From Eledone cirrhosa (Eukaryota): a stretch of DNA of 64,000 bases. The stretch covers positions 4,712,001 to 4,776,000 of the forward strand of contig OZ024764.1 of NCBI GenBank assembly GCA_964016885.1. The letters run 5' to 3'. The position numbers and the translations under genes are program-made. Positions 36,828 through 50,720 of this stretch are shown here, piece by piece. Under the pieces are notes generated by a model that saw only the letters and a program-made list of their open reading frames with translations, was not told the origin of the DNA and did no database searches. Each line of letters begins with the position of its first letter. The first letter of the stretch is position 1.

Positions 36828-37816
36828 GACCCAGAAAAACCTGGGACAATTTGATAAATTCCGACCTTACACACTTGCACCTCTCTAAGACAATGTCGCT
36901 GGACCGAGATCTTTGGCGCTACGCAGTAATACAGAAGACCCGCCTTGCCTATGTACAAAGCGAAACCTACAGTCAGTAGGCACCTCTTAACCAAATATAC
37001 ACCCCCACTCCCACCAACACCACCCTCTTTCTGTAAAGTTGGTACCACAACATCCAGTCCAAATAAATGAGATCGAGATCGTGTAGGTGTCATGACAAAA
37101 AAACACACAGTCCACGCTGTAATGTGGTTGTGTAGGAGACACGATAAAAAGTTCCCAGTCCACACTTTAAAGTGGTCATGTAGGTGTCATGACAAAAAAA
37201 CACACAGTCCACGCTGTAATGTGGTTGTGTAGGAGACAAGGTAAAAAGTTCCCAGTCCACACTGTAAAGTGGTCATGTAGGTGTCATGACAAAAAACACA
37301 CAGTCCACGCTGTAATGTGGTTGTGTAGGAGACAAGGTAAAAAGTTCCCAGTCCACACTGTAAAGTGGTCATGTAGGTGTCATGACAAAAAAACACAGTC
37401 CACGCTGTAATGTGGCTGTGTAGGTAACACGGTAAAAAGTTCCCAGTCCACACTTTAAAGTGGTCATGTAGGTGTCATGACAAAAAAAACACACAGTCCA
37501 CGCTGTAATGTGGTTGTGTAGGTAGCACGGTAAAAAGTTCCCAGTCCACAGTTTAAAGTGGTCATGTAGGTGTCATGACAAAAAAAACACACAGTCCACG
37601 CTGTAATGTGACCGTGTAGGTAACATGGTAAAATGTTCCCAGTCCACACTGTAAATGTGGTTGGTGTTAGGAAGGGCATCCAGCCGTAGAAAACCTGCCA
37701 GATAGTCCTATATGAGCGAGACACGGTCACCTGACCAACCTTGCCTCAAGCAGGACAACTCCCGTCTAACCCATGCTAGCATGGAAGATGGACGTTAAAC
37801 GAAGATGATGATGATG
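36828..37816 (+). mobile_element. RTE 3' end with ~97-bp array (about 6 copies, 37080-37660)
   Basis: Inverted near-copy of 30417-32468 with fewer units. Confidence 0.88.
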
Positions 37817-38209
37817 ACGTAAGAGAGACGAGTTTATTCGTATATCTTCATTTATTTACTAGTAAATAAAAGCCTTCAAATCTAACTTCATGTTAACCAA
37901 TGGTGTTTTGAGTGGAATTTGGTGGAGGGATTCTGCAGAGGAGAAATGGTGCATTTTGTCCTTAAGCAAGACTTTTCATTTAATGTTGATCCAATGAGGT
38001 AGGGTGGTGGGTGATGGGGTTAACCCCTGTCATAGACTGGTCACTGGTTCAGGATGATGTGAAACAAACACACTAGAGAAACATCATGGAGTGTGACATG
38101 ACCTATCTTACTGAGACCCCAGAATATCCCTGGTATCAAACAGATTATCTGATACCAAGGATTTACGCCCAGATCAGATTTCTAATTATTCCTGCAACTT
38201 CGCAGTTGA

Positions 38210-38213
38210 CTGT

Positions 38214-38254
<41 letters not shown>

Positions 38255-39432
38255 TATATAGGGAGAGAGATATATATACACATACACACACATATATATA
38301 TACACACACACATCACTAGATATGTACACACACATATACACATATATATACACATCACTAGATATATACACACATTACTAGTTATATATACACATATCAC
38401 CAGATATGTACACACACATATATATATATACACACATATATACACATATATATATATACACACATATATATACACATATATATACACATATATATACACA
38501 CATATATACACACACATATATATACACATATATATACAGGCATATATATACACACATATATATATACACATATATATATATACACGTATATATATATACA
38601 CATTTATATATATACACACACACATATATATATATATATTTATACACACATATATACACACTTATATACACACACATATATATATACACACATATATATA
38701 CACACATATATACACACACTTATATACACACACATATATATATATACACACATATATATATACACACATATATATACACACACATATATACACACATATA
38801 TATATACACATATATATATACACATATATATATATATATATACACACATATATATATATACACACATATATACACCCATCACTAGATATATACAAATCCC
38901 ATGGAATTAAATCCAACAATATCCACCACAAAGATAAAGATTTCTTAATTAACTGCAAAATACCTATTGTGGTGGTGGTGGTGGTGGTGGTGGTGTGGTG
39001 GTGGTAGTGTGGTGGCGGTGGTGGTGTGGTAGTGTAGTGGTGGCAGAGGTGGTGGTGTGGTGGTAGTGGTGGTGTTGTGGTTGTAGTGGTAGTGGCGGGC
39101 TTGGTGGTGGTGGTGGTGTAGTGGCGGTGGTGGTTGTGGTAGAGGTGTGGTGGTGGGGGTGATGGCGGGGGTGGTGTTGGTGTTGGTGGTGTAGTGGTGG
39201 TGGGGGATGGCGGGGGTGGTGGTGGTGGTGTAGTGGCGGTGGTGGTTGTGGTGTGGTGGTAGTTGTGGCAGTGGTGGTTGTGGTGGTGTGGTGTGGTGGT
39301 AGTTGTGGTGGTGTGGTAGTGGTTGTGCTGGTGGTGGTGTAGTGGCGGGGGGGGGGTGTAGTGGCGGTGGTGGTTGTGGTGTGGTGGTAGTGGTTGTGGT
39401 GGTGTGGTGGTGGTGGTGGTGTTGGTGGTGGT
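38210..39432. repeat. (TA)/(CA) and (GGT)n microsatellites
   Basis: Direct inspection. Confidence 0.95.
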
Positions 39433-39727
39433 GTATTTTATGAAAATTCATATGTACATATATAAATACATGTATGTGTATATCTATATACATAAATGGC
39501 AATTTCTGTTTGTTTTTTTATGAACCTAAAACTCAAAAACTACCAAAGTAATCTCGATGAAAGTTGACACATGTGTGGGGCTCATGCCCATTTGATTTAA
39601 CCAAAGGGTTCCCCGATGTTCAAACCCCCGCTTAATTTTTCCCCTTCGATTTATATGAAATTTAAACCATTGTAAATGACAAGATATGATGCCTATTCAC
39701 AAAATTTAGGCAATGAAACCCCCTAAT

Positions 39728-40890
39728 ATCACAGCTCTGATACTACAGACATGTGGTTAGAATGTCTGAGGAAAGAATCTCTGAATTGAGAGATCACAGC
39801 TCTGATACTATAGACATGTGGTTAGAATATCTCAGGAAAGAATCTCTGAATTGAGAGACCACAGCTCTGATACTACAGACATGTGGTTAGAATGTCTGAG
39901 GAAAGAATCTCTGAATTGAGATATCACAGCTCTGATACTACAGACATGTGGTTAGAATGTCTGAGGAAAGAATCTCTGAATTGAGAGATCACAGTTCTGA
40001 TACTACAGACATGTGGTTAGAATGTCTCAGGAAAGAATCTCTGAATTGAGAGACCACAGCTCTGATACTACAGACATGTGGTTAGAATGTCTGAGGAAAG
40101 AATCTCTGAATTGAGAGATCACAGTTCTGATACTACAGACATGTGGTTAGAATGTCTCAGGAAAGAATCTCTGAATTGAGAGATCACAGCTCTGATACTA
40201 CAGACATGTGGTTAGAATGTCTGAGGAAAGAATCTCTGAATTGAGAGATCACAGCTCTGATACTACAGACATGTGGTTAGAATGTCTGAGGAAAGAATCT
40301 CTGAATTGAGAGATCACAGTTCTGATACTACAGACATGTGGTTAGAATGTCTCAGGAAAGAATCTCTGAATTGAGAGACCACAGCTCTGATACTACAGAC
40401 ATGTGGTTAGAATGTCTCAGGAAAGAATCTCTGAATTGAGATATCACAGCTCTGATACTACAGACATGTGGTTAGAATGTCTGAGGAAAGAATCTCTGAA
40501 TTGAGAGACGACAGCTCTGATACTACAGACATGTGGTTAGAATGTCTGAGGAAAGAATCTCTGAATTGAGAGACGACAGCTCTGATACTACAGACATATG
40601 GTTAGAATGTCTGAGGAAAGAATCTCTGAATTGAGAGACCACAGCTCTGATACTACAGACATGTGGTTAGAATGTCTGAGGAAAGAATTGTTTGACAGAT
40701 TTTACAGGGGAAACCAACAGGTAGGAGACCCAGTGCAAGATGGTTAGATCACATCCATGAGCTTGGCTGGTCTCAATTGGGGACCCAGCCGTATCAGTTG
40801 GAGTCTGTTGCTACTGACAGGACCTGCTGTAGGGAGTGTTTGAGGACTCTGCCCCCATAACTCTCTCAGAAATAAGTGTGAGATGAAAAA
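39728..40890 (+). repeat. 65-bp satellite C (about 15 copies to 40688) running into an RTE-like 3' end
   Basis: Unit gagagatcacagctctgatactacagacatgtggttagaatgtctgaggaaagaatctctgaatt, which reads IERSQL*YYRHVVRMSEERI. Confidence 0.95.
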
Positions 40891-41057
40891 GATGCATTTC
40901 TCTTTTTTTATCCCCTCCACCTCTCTCTGCTATCTCTCTCCTTTATCCCCCCCCCCCTCTGCTATCTCTCTCTTTGTCGTATTTTACTCTCTCTATCTCT
41001 ATATTGCTCTCTTCCCCCCTTTCTCTCTATGTAATTACAACAATCTAATCAATGAAT

Positions 41058-41172
41058 GAGCATGCGCAGTAGTCCAGTTACCCCACCGGAAGTAGTTGTC
41101 TTTCAACACAACGTGGTGTAGAAAATGTCTCTTGTATCATTTAAAGACCTGAAACTATGAAATAATGTAAGT
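41058..41172 (+). promoter_or_regulatory. Candidate promoter and non-coding first exon (NRF1-like plus ETS motifs)
   Basis: GAGCATGCGCA (41058-41068), CCGGAAGT (41086-41093) and a GTAAGT donor at 41167, in a rare unique stretch. Confidence 0.45.
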
Positions 41173-42495
41173 ATTATGTCTACAAATATTGTAGAATTAT
41201 GTTAAAACTTCTCAAGAGTGAGATATGGGGGTGGCGAGAGAGATGGAGGTGATGACAGAGGGAGTTGGGTCCTTCCGTGTTGGGACCTGGTGTACGAGTG
41301 AGAGATGGGGAGGGCGAGAGAGATGGAGGTGATGACAGTGGGGGTTCGGCCCTTCCGTGTTGGGACCTAGTGTACGTGTGAGAGATGGAGGAGGTATTAT
41401 GTCTACAAATATTGTAGATTTATGTTAAAACTTCTCACTTCTCACATCACAAATATATTTTCGTATTTCTTTCGTTATGGTGATCATGTGTAATTAACCT
41501 ACCTTTAATTAAAGTGAAAACTTTAGTTGTTGCAAGTCAGACATTGATATTCCATTGTCCAGTATATTGTCTCAAATATCTCAGCTTAAACAGATTTTAA
41601 CAACAACACAAATAAACAACTTTATTCTTGATTATCTAAATTACGATGTATAAATGTTTAGAAATGTAATACAATCTTACAGCTTTTACTAGGAAGAGGC
41701 TATGTAGCCGGTAAGAGTGTCAGACGCTAGGAGTTGCTGCCAGAGTTGAGATAATTTGAAATCTTTTCCACCATAAATTGTTTAAAAAACAAGTTAAAAT
41801 AATTTAGTCGTCCATTTGTAACATATGTTACACTTTAGTTACCTACACACATCTACAGGTAGATATATAGACAAGAGAGGTGTAAACCTACATATACACA
41901 CATCTACAGGCAGATATATAGACAGAGACAAGACAGGTGTAAACCTACATATACACACATCTACAGGTAGATATATAGACAGATAGAGACAAGAGAGGTG
42001 TAAAGCTACATATACACCCGGCCAAAATGGCGACAAGGAGGGTCGCTTGACCACGTCTTGACCAAACAAAATATATTTTCACCAAAAACTGCCCTTTAAA
42101 CACATGTCAGATAGATTCGAATATTCATTATTACAATTACTCTGACTGTTCCCTGACAACTAGTACCAGCTTCAACATAGAATTATTTTAACGAAGTATA
42201 TTTAATTTGACTTGATTTTCGCCAACAAACCACGTGTGGACATGGACGGGGGAAAAGGGGAAAAAAAACAAATCACTACATCCCTTAGGGATCGCATTAA
42301 GTACTTCACAAAACATATAAACAACAATATACACAGATTTATATACAGATACATACCACATGCATATACACACACGTGAAAAGAAGCCACACTATTTCGT
42401 GTGAGACACTATACCGGCCAATCTTACGTACATTGGTAAAATATCTCTGAACATTGACTTCGCTTCTAACCCACATGACACCTTTTAATTATATA

Positions 42496-42572
<77 letters not shown>

Positions 42573-42889
42573 ATATACTAGCAGCTGAAAGTTAATAATT
42601 TGAAAAATATTATTGAAAGTTTATTATAAAGAAGCAGTATCAGGTAAAAAACGTTATTTCGCTGTTAATAAACTGTTGCCTTCTACAGTACGTTTCATTT
42701 AACTTACGCAGCATATTTATTTGTTTACATGCACAGACTCTTCTGGACACACACACAAACACACACACACACACAACATTTAGGAAAACGGAAACAAAAT
42801 ACACAAAGAAAAACAGACATTTTATTTCTATCGTAATCAAGTGCGCTAAACCTAAATTGTTTACATTCTGTGTTTTTCTACGGATGGGT

Positions 42890-45800
42890 AGAAATAACAA
42901 AATTGCCATGGTGATGTCCATCGATGAAGTATACGATAAAACTGGTCGATATTCCTAAATAGAACATTGCCCAGAAGATCACATCTGCCATATCTGTACG
43001 GAACCCGAAAACTCGTTCCGTAAACGTTGGGTCGAATGTGGAACCTGTCACATCTCTGTCTGCCTTCAATGCGCCACAGGCTTCCGGAAGAACCCAGGCC
43101 AACTCAAGAAACATCATATTGCTACGATGGATAGACTCTGGCAGATGGTCCAGCAAACAAATTGGTCCTTTCAGTGCCTGGACAGTATGCCTGCCTCTCC
43201 CATTGCTGCGGAACAACAACAAAAACCGAAGATCGTGTCTTCTACCATTGTTCCCGAACAACAACAACAAAAACCAACGACCGTAGCTTCTGCTACTACC
43301 CTCCGTTGAAGGACTTCATCAACAACAGCAACCCATGTCTTCCTCACCCGTTACTTTTCAACAACAACAACCGACGACTGTGTCTTCTACCATGCCTGTT
43401 GAAGGAGAAGAACAACAACAAAAACCGACCGTCAATACGGAGTTTGAGGAAATAAGGCAAATGATTTCCGCTTTAAGCCGAGAAATAACGGGAATAAAAT
43501 CAAGCGTTCGTGTAGAACCCCACAATGAGCGATCTTACCGGAGTGCCTTGTTAAAAAATCTCCGTGTACCTCATGTTGAACCTAGACGCATTGAGAATGC
43601 CACTGAATCTGCAAACCACGAAGTGATTCCATTGGTGTACCAGAAGACATAGTTGATCTTCAGGCATTTGCTGCCAGTTCATCCAAAGACTTGGGCTGTG
43701 CTCTCGCAAAGGGTGCTCTACGCCTTGGCCGACCAGGCCCGAAACCCAGGCTAATTAGACTGTCGTTTTCAAACTCAACTGAGGCACGTTCATACCTTGT
43801 AGCCTCTGATAAAGCTAGGCGTGAAAGTCGGATTGCTTTCCGAACACGCCCTAGTCTTCCACCTGATGTCCGCCCAAAGCTGCGTGCTGCAGCTTCCTTA
43901 AACCGCAACTCGGCAGAACATGAAAGCTTCAGCCTACGAGATGATGGGCAGATATGGAAGTTTGTTAAGGCTGGCGAAACATGGAAAAGAGACACCAGCT
44001 GATCTGAAAACACTGTACCCACAACAACTGACAATAAAGAAACTGAAAAAACTCTGGGAAACTAAATCAGAACAACCTGCCATCCCCTGCACATAATCAT
44101 AGACTGGAATCAAGGTACAAATTGTTGTCCTTGAATGCACATAGTCTATGCAATAAGATTCATCTTTTTGACTCCTACGTCAAAAGTATCAACCCTGACT
44201 TCATTACAGTCACGGAAACTTGGGCACATCCCTTACTCCGTGATGGAGTTTTCAGCATGACTGGCTACAACCTGTTTCGTAAAGACCGTATTAATCGTCG
44301 TGGTGATGGTGTAATGGTCTACGTTCGGTCAAATCTGTCGGCAATTCCTTGTGTTGATTTGAACCAATCACAGCAGGAAGTTTTTTCTGCGATATACGTA
44401 TGACCATGTCAACACTGCTACTTGGAGTCGTTTACCGTCCCCCAAATTACCATCAGGACACTCAACTTTGTGATATCCTCAGAGCTGTTGCCAGGAAGAC
44501 ACCCACTTATGTTTTCATTGCAGGAGATTGACTGGGAAACCTTTCGTTGGCCGCCAAATGCAAATGACTTCCTTGAGTTAGTGCTGGACTCGAGTTGGTC
44601 CCAAGTGGTCACCTCCCCAACAAGAGGTGACAACACTTTGGACCTACTCTTCACCACTACTGAAACGGTCATTAGTGTTACTGCTGAGAAACCTTTAGGT
44701 GACTCTGATCATGCTATGATCATTGCCAATCTATCCCTCATGGGCAGTAACAAGAACCACAACCATCTCCAAACTGCTCACTTTGACTGGAATAAAGCAG
44801 ACTGGAACTGTTACTGCATCGAGTTGCAACGGCCAAACTGGCTTGAGTTCAACGACTCTGGAGATGTCAACACTGTACTCCATAACATCCTGAGCTCAAT
44901 ATGGACAGCATGTGCAGCATCGGTGCCACGTAAGCGGAAAAAACATCCCAAAAGTGCAATTTGGGAGACTGCAGCAGTCCGTCTTGCCAGAAAAGAACGG
45001 CGCAATGCTGAACGTGAGTACAAACTTCACAAATCAGACATTAATAGGAAGAGGCGAAATAGATCGTCCAACCACCTCAAACAGGTGACAAAAAAGGCAG
45101 TGCTTCAATTTGAGCAGCGCATAGCAACCAGCCCTGACAGTAAGGTGTTCTGGAAGTATGTTCACTCAAAGCAGAGGCCTCACTCTCCAGTTGGTCCTCT
45201 TCGCAATCCCCACACAAAGCCAGGTTACTGACGACCCCAAGGAATGCGCAGAGTCCATTGCTGAATGCTATGCAGGCATTTTCACCGTTGAAGACCAGAG
45301 TGTACCGTCTCCACCACCTATGACACCGGATTCTATTACAACCATGGAATTTACACCTGCAATGCTGCGACGTCACCTAAAAAATAAACGCAACCATGTC
45401 TCTCCTGGTCTTGATGGTGTTACGTACCTGCTTCTTAAACGTGGTGGGTACTTCCTTCTGCACCAGTTATCACGCTTCTTCCAATTCTGTCTGAACAACA
45501 GTGCTACTCCAGAACAGTGGAAAACTGCCAGTGTCATTCCTCTGTTCAAAAAGGGTGACCGCACATCACCTGTGAACTATCGTCCAGTCAGTCTTACTAG
45601 TTACATCGCCAAACTGATGGAATCCTGTGTCAGAGAAACACTTTGGAACTTCTGGAGCTCTCACAGTCTTATCCGGCCCTCGCAATTTGAATTTATCCCC
45701 AACTCCAGCTGCTGTGATCAACTTATAGAGTTTCTTGAGGACATCACCCGGATCACTGATGGCGGCTCATGGGTGGATGTTGTTTACCTTGACTTTGCGA

Positions 45801-47071
45801 AAGCCTTCAATTCTGTGCCACACAAAAGACTTATGGCAAAACTCTCTGCAATGGGTGTGAAGGATGATCTTTTTAACTGGTTGAAGTCCTTCATTCTCAG
45901 TCGAAGAGAGGTAGTCACGGTTCTGGGACAGCATTCCTCACTGTATGAGATGTCATCTGCTGTACCACAGGGATCTGTTCTTGGCCCCCTTTTGTTTGTG
46001 GTATATATTAATGACATAGATGCCAACTTAAAGAATGCCACAGTACTGAAATATGCAGATGACATGAAGCTGTACCTTGAGAAAAAAAGGACAGATCCTG
46101 AACACTATAGATCTTGCCTGCAATCTGACCTGGACACAATGCAGCAATGGATCACAGACTGGCAACTCAAGCTAGCTGTGGACAAGTGTACCACCATGAA
46201 TTTTGTGAGGAAAAATCCAGCGTCCACATACTCCCTCCACATACTAATATCAAGAAGTCTTCTTGTGAACGTGACCTGGGCATTACTGTCAGCAGCGATT
46301 TGTGTTGGACGAAGCACGTCTCTAAAATTGTCAAGAGGGCCAAGGGTGTCTTAGCATCACTCAGCAAGACCTTTGTCAGCCGCTCTCCAGATATCTATTT
46401 AAAGCTGTACATGGCTATGGTGCGGCCACACTTAGAATTTGCATCTCCAGTCTGGAACCCCTATCTTGCTCAAAATATTGACCGCCTGGAAACTGTTCAG
46501 AGATGTGCAACAAGCGAATACCCTCCATCAGGCATCTACCATATTCTGAGCACCTTGCTTCCCTGGGCATGGATACATTGAAGCTCCGACGCCTGGCAAC
46601 TGACTTGGTAAACACCCACAAAATTGTTAACCATGTTGCCAACAACAACCCTGAGTACCTTTTTGATCTCCATGTGTCTAACACACGTGGACATGCCCTC
46701 AAAGTCAGAAAACAGCACAGTTCCCATGCCTTTCAGAAACATTTTTTCACGCTCAGAGTTGCTGAAGCATGGAACAAACTACCTGCATCAGTTGTTAGCT
46801 GTCGAGACACTGCATCCTTTAAGGCCTCCATGGAACAAACTACCTGCATCAGTTGTTAGCTGTCGAGACACTGCATCCTTTATGGCCTCCATGCTTCCCG
46901 AGATCTGCCAACACTACACCTAATGTTCCCCTCCATACACATACACACATGTATACCATGACTCATACACTATTCACTTCCCTGACATTTGTGTATTATT
47001 CTATGTACTATACATACACCTTTGACGAGTGGTAGTGCACCTGAGCACTTTACACAATAATTTCATTATTA
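42890..47071 (+). mobile_element. Decayed near-full-length CR1-group LINE
   Basis: ORF1 remnant with PHD-like CHIC...WVECGTC...CLQC...FQC, an ORF2 remnant, and a 3' end gtagtgcacctgagcact...(ATT)n. Confidence 0.85.
44100..46923 (+). pseudogene. CR1 ORF2 (APE plus RT) with frameshifts
   Basis: LNAHSL, VTETW, GYNLFRKDR, SDH, SPGLDG, PLFKKGD..NYRPVSLTS, YLDFAKAF, PQGSVLGPLLF, YADD and FFTLRVAEAWNKLP, spread over several frames. Confidence 0.92.
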
Positions 47072-48044
47072 TCTACAGGTAAATATATAAGACAGATAGA
47101 GACAAGAGAGGTGTAAACCTACATATACACATACAGGAAGGGGCTGGTGAAACGCTATAGCGATGTGTTGTGTTCTTTTAGAGTTTACCAGCTACATAGC
47201 ATGTTCAATATTAATTCCACTGTCCAGTATATTGTCTCAAATATCACAGATTAAACATTTTAACAACAACACAAGTCAACAACTTTATTCTAAATTACGA
47301 TGTATAAATTGTATATCTAACACCATCTTAGAGTATCTACTAATAAATTTCCAGACCTGTCAACTCTCCCCGTCCGACAGGGAGATCTCCCACCCACTCT
47401 GAAGTGGGTAACACACGTCTTCTCTTGTAAAAATAGGTATAGCTTTTATTATGTAAAATCTTACAATTTTGCCTCATTTCTCCCCGTTTTGAAGCACTTT
47501 TTTCATGGTATTCTTCGATTGGGATTTTAGAGGTTGCCACGTCTGAATTTATAATAATTAACTGGAAAATATTAGTGTTTTTGTTATCTGCTAACTTTAA
47601 ATTATATTGACTATTATATTTTCTTGGATATTCTTATATATAGACCAAGGTACTCTATAATAAGAGGGGTGTCAAGTTGTAAAAACGATAATCTTTCTAG
47701 GTTGCCTCCCTTGGTTTAAAAACTCAGAATTAGTCGTTTAGTTATAACTAGCAGAATGGCCCGGCGTTGCTCGGGATTCTAAACATAGATTGGCATGTTT
47801 ATCCCTCCTTTCTGAAACAGTTTCGTCATATGTTCACCAATTGAAGCAGAAGTCCTAATAAAAAGTGAAGTCACCTTGGGTTAATAGGCAAATAATTTTC
47901 CATTAAGATTTTTCAAAAGCATGTAATTGCGTTCCCTCTCCTTTTTGTTGTTGTTTTTGCTGCTGTCGAGCCTCGTGAAATAAATACGTTTGTTTATATT
48001 TTGTTATTGTGTATGCAAAAATATCTGTACACGAATATATAAGA

Positions 48045-48285
48045 GGAAGCCTGCAGCATCTAAGCCATGTTTTATGACTTCATTGAGAGCAGCATGGTGT
48101 GGAAGGTGTCCATCACTGTAATGACAGGAGAGTGGGTGGAGGTCAAAAGAGTCAACAGTCGATCCATCGCGACATTTGTTTGTGTTGCAGATCCAGAGGC
48201 CAAGCCTCAGGGAAACCCCAATTAGCAGGCTATCATTATCCATCTGCGTGCCAATCGAAAAGGAGGGTAATTCAGTCAGCATCTC
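48045..48285 (-). pseudogene. CRE-like (RLE-type) non-LTR retrotransposon C-terminal fragment
   Basis: LPSFSIGTQMDNDSLLIGVSLRLGL..C...VDSFDLHPLSC....HAALNEVIKHGL resembles the zinc finger plus RHxxLN segment that precedes restriction-like endonucleases. Confidence 0.65.
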
Positions 48286-48769
48286 GTATAACATGGGATG
48301 TTTTCTAATGTTCTTTTTTTTTTGTATAATGTTTTTTAATGTCTAAATATAATTAATTATTGCCAGAGTGCTAGCAGTTAAAATACAATTTCACCAGTGG
48401 TAGATTAGCAAAATTAATAAGCAGGGAGGGTGGGAAGCGATTATTTGAGACCTGGGAGTATATAAATGTTTGTACTTTTGGCACAAGGCCAGCAATAATC
48501 CCAGTGTATTACTGGTACTTTATCTTATCGACCTCGTGGGATTTGAACTCAGAACGTAAAAGGGTGTAACCCTATGCTACAAAGCATGGCATCCAACCCT
48601 CTACTGATACTGCCAAGTGAGTATATAATTATTGTAACCTTGAAAGCTTCACACAATTATATTAACTACACACTTTGTTACAGATTTAAAATAAATCTTT
48701 GTCAACTCTTTGTACGTAAGTTGTCAATCAGTGCGGTGTATTTTTTTTCTTTTACCTAAGTATGAATTG

Positions 48770-50140
48770 TGGGTAATGACAAAAAGAATACAATCACGAA
48801 TACAAGTGGCCGAAATGCGTAATTTGAAGATCAGAGAGTCACTCCAGATAAAGCTGCTATTTCTCTGAATTGAGAGATCACAGCTCTGATACTACAGACA
48901 TGTGGTTAGAATGTCTGAGGAAAGAATCTCTGAATTGAGAGATCACAGCTCTGATACTACAGACATGTGGTTAGAATGTCTCAGGAAAGAATCTGTGAAT
49001 TGAGAGATTACAGCTCTGATACTACAGACATGTGGTTAGAATGTCTCACGAAAGAATCTCTGAATTGAGAGACCACAGCTCTGATACTACGGACATGCGG
49101 TTAGAATGTCTCAGGAAAGTATCTCTGAATTGAGAGACCACAGCTCTGATACTACAGACATGTGGTTAGAATGTCTGAGGAAAGAATCTCTGAACTGAGA
49201 GACCACAGCTCTGATACTACAGACATGTGGTTAGAATGTCTGAGGAAAGAATCTCTGAACTGAGAGACCACAGCTCTGATACTACAGACATGTGGTTAGA
49301 ATGTCTCAGGAAAGAATCTCTGAACTGAGAGACCACAGCTCTGATACTACAGACATGTGGTTAGAATGTCTGAGGAAAGAATCTCTGAATTGAGAGACCA
49401 CAGCTCTGATACTACAGACATGTGGTTAGAATGTCTGAGGAAAGAATCTCTGAATTGAGAGACCACAGCTCTGATACTACAGACATGTGGTTAGAATGTC
49501 TGAGGAAAGAATCTCTGAATTGAGAGACCACAGCTCTGATACTACAGACATGTGGTTAGAATGTCTCAGGAAAGAATCTCTGAATTGAGAGATCACAGCT
49601 CTGATACTACAGACATGTGGTTAGAATGTCTGAGGAAAGAATCTCTGAATTGAGAGACCACAGCTCTGATACTACAGACATGTGGTTAGAATGTCTGAGG
49701 AAAGAATCTCTGAATTGAGAGACCACAGCTCTGATACTACAGACATGTGGTTAGAATGTCTCAGGAAAGAATCTCTGAATTGAGAGATCACAGCTCTGAT
49801 ACTACAGACATGTGGTTAGAATGTCTGAGGAAAGAATCTCTGAATTGAGAGACCACAGCTCTGATACTACAGACATGTGGTTAGAATGTCTCAGGAAAGA
49901 ATCTCTGGATTGAGAGACCGCAGCTCTGATACTACAGACATGTGGTTAGAATGTCTGAGGAAAAAATCTCTGGACATATTTTACAAGCAAAACCAACTGA
50001 CAAGAGACCCAGGGGTAGACCCCAAGCAAAATGGTTGGATAACATCCATGAGCTTGGGTGGTCTCACTTGTGGACCCAGCCAGATCAGGACCCGCTTTGC
50101 TCCCGCGATCCTCTCAAGAATAAGTGGCTGAAGAAGATGA
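48770..50140 (+). repeat. 65-bp satellite C (48861-49971, about 17 copies) inside an RTE-like LINE remnant
   Basis: The left flank ends ctgctatttctctgaattgagagatcac. The right flank continues HILQAKPTDKRPRGRPQAKWLDNI. Confidence 0.95.
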
Positions 50141-50279
50141 AGGAAATAATCTTGTTGTTTGATTGAGATTTTTAAAGATATTATCAATTAGTTTCTATCT
50201 TTTGTTATAAAAGTGTATTTTGTTCAGAATGCAGCCATGAATCTGACTTTAAGGCCTTAGCTACAGTTTCAATACAAAA

Positions 50280-50720
50280 TATATGTATCATCCATGTTTA
50301 TCACATGTCGATACCAGCACAGTCATCCCTCTTTCACACTACCTCTGTTTCCTCTTATACCTAGTTTATCTCTCAGTTCACTTATGCTTTGTTGTTCATG
50401 CACAGTAACATTGCACATCCATCAAAGCATGCTTGCTTTATTTCTCTCCAGCAGTTTCTGCCCATGTTTCACTACCATGTAGTATCACACATCACACACA
50501 TTTGTAGGGAGAACCCTTTTGTTGTCAACAGAGGGAGTAGTTCCCTGAACTTCTTCCATCCTATTCTTATTCTAGCTACTGCACTCTCGAAGCACTCTCC
50601 TCCACTGTTAATTATATCAGCCAGGTAGCAAAAGCTATCAACCACTTCTATGGATCTTACCTGTCATTGGAATAGGTTTACTATTGATAAAGTCTATTCT
50701 ATCTCTTCTTACACATCTGT
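50280..50720 (-). mobile_element. Decayed RTE ORF fragment
   Basis: The minus strand reads EVVDSFCYLADIINSGGECFESAVARIRIGWKKFRELLPL. Confidence 0.75.
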
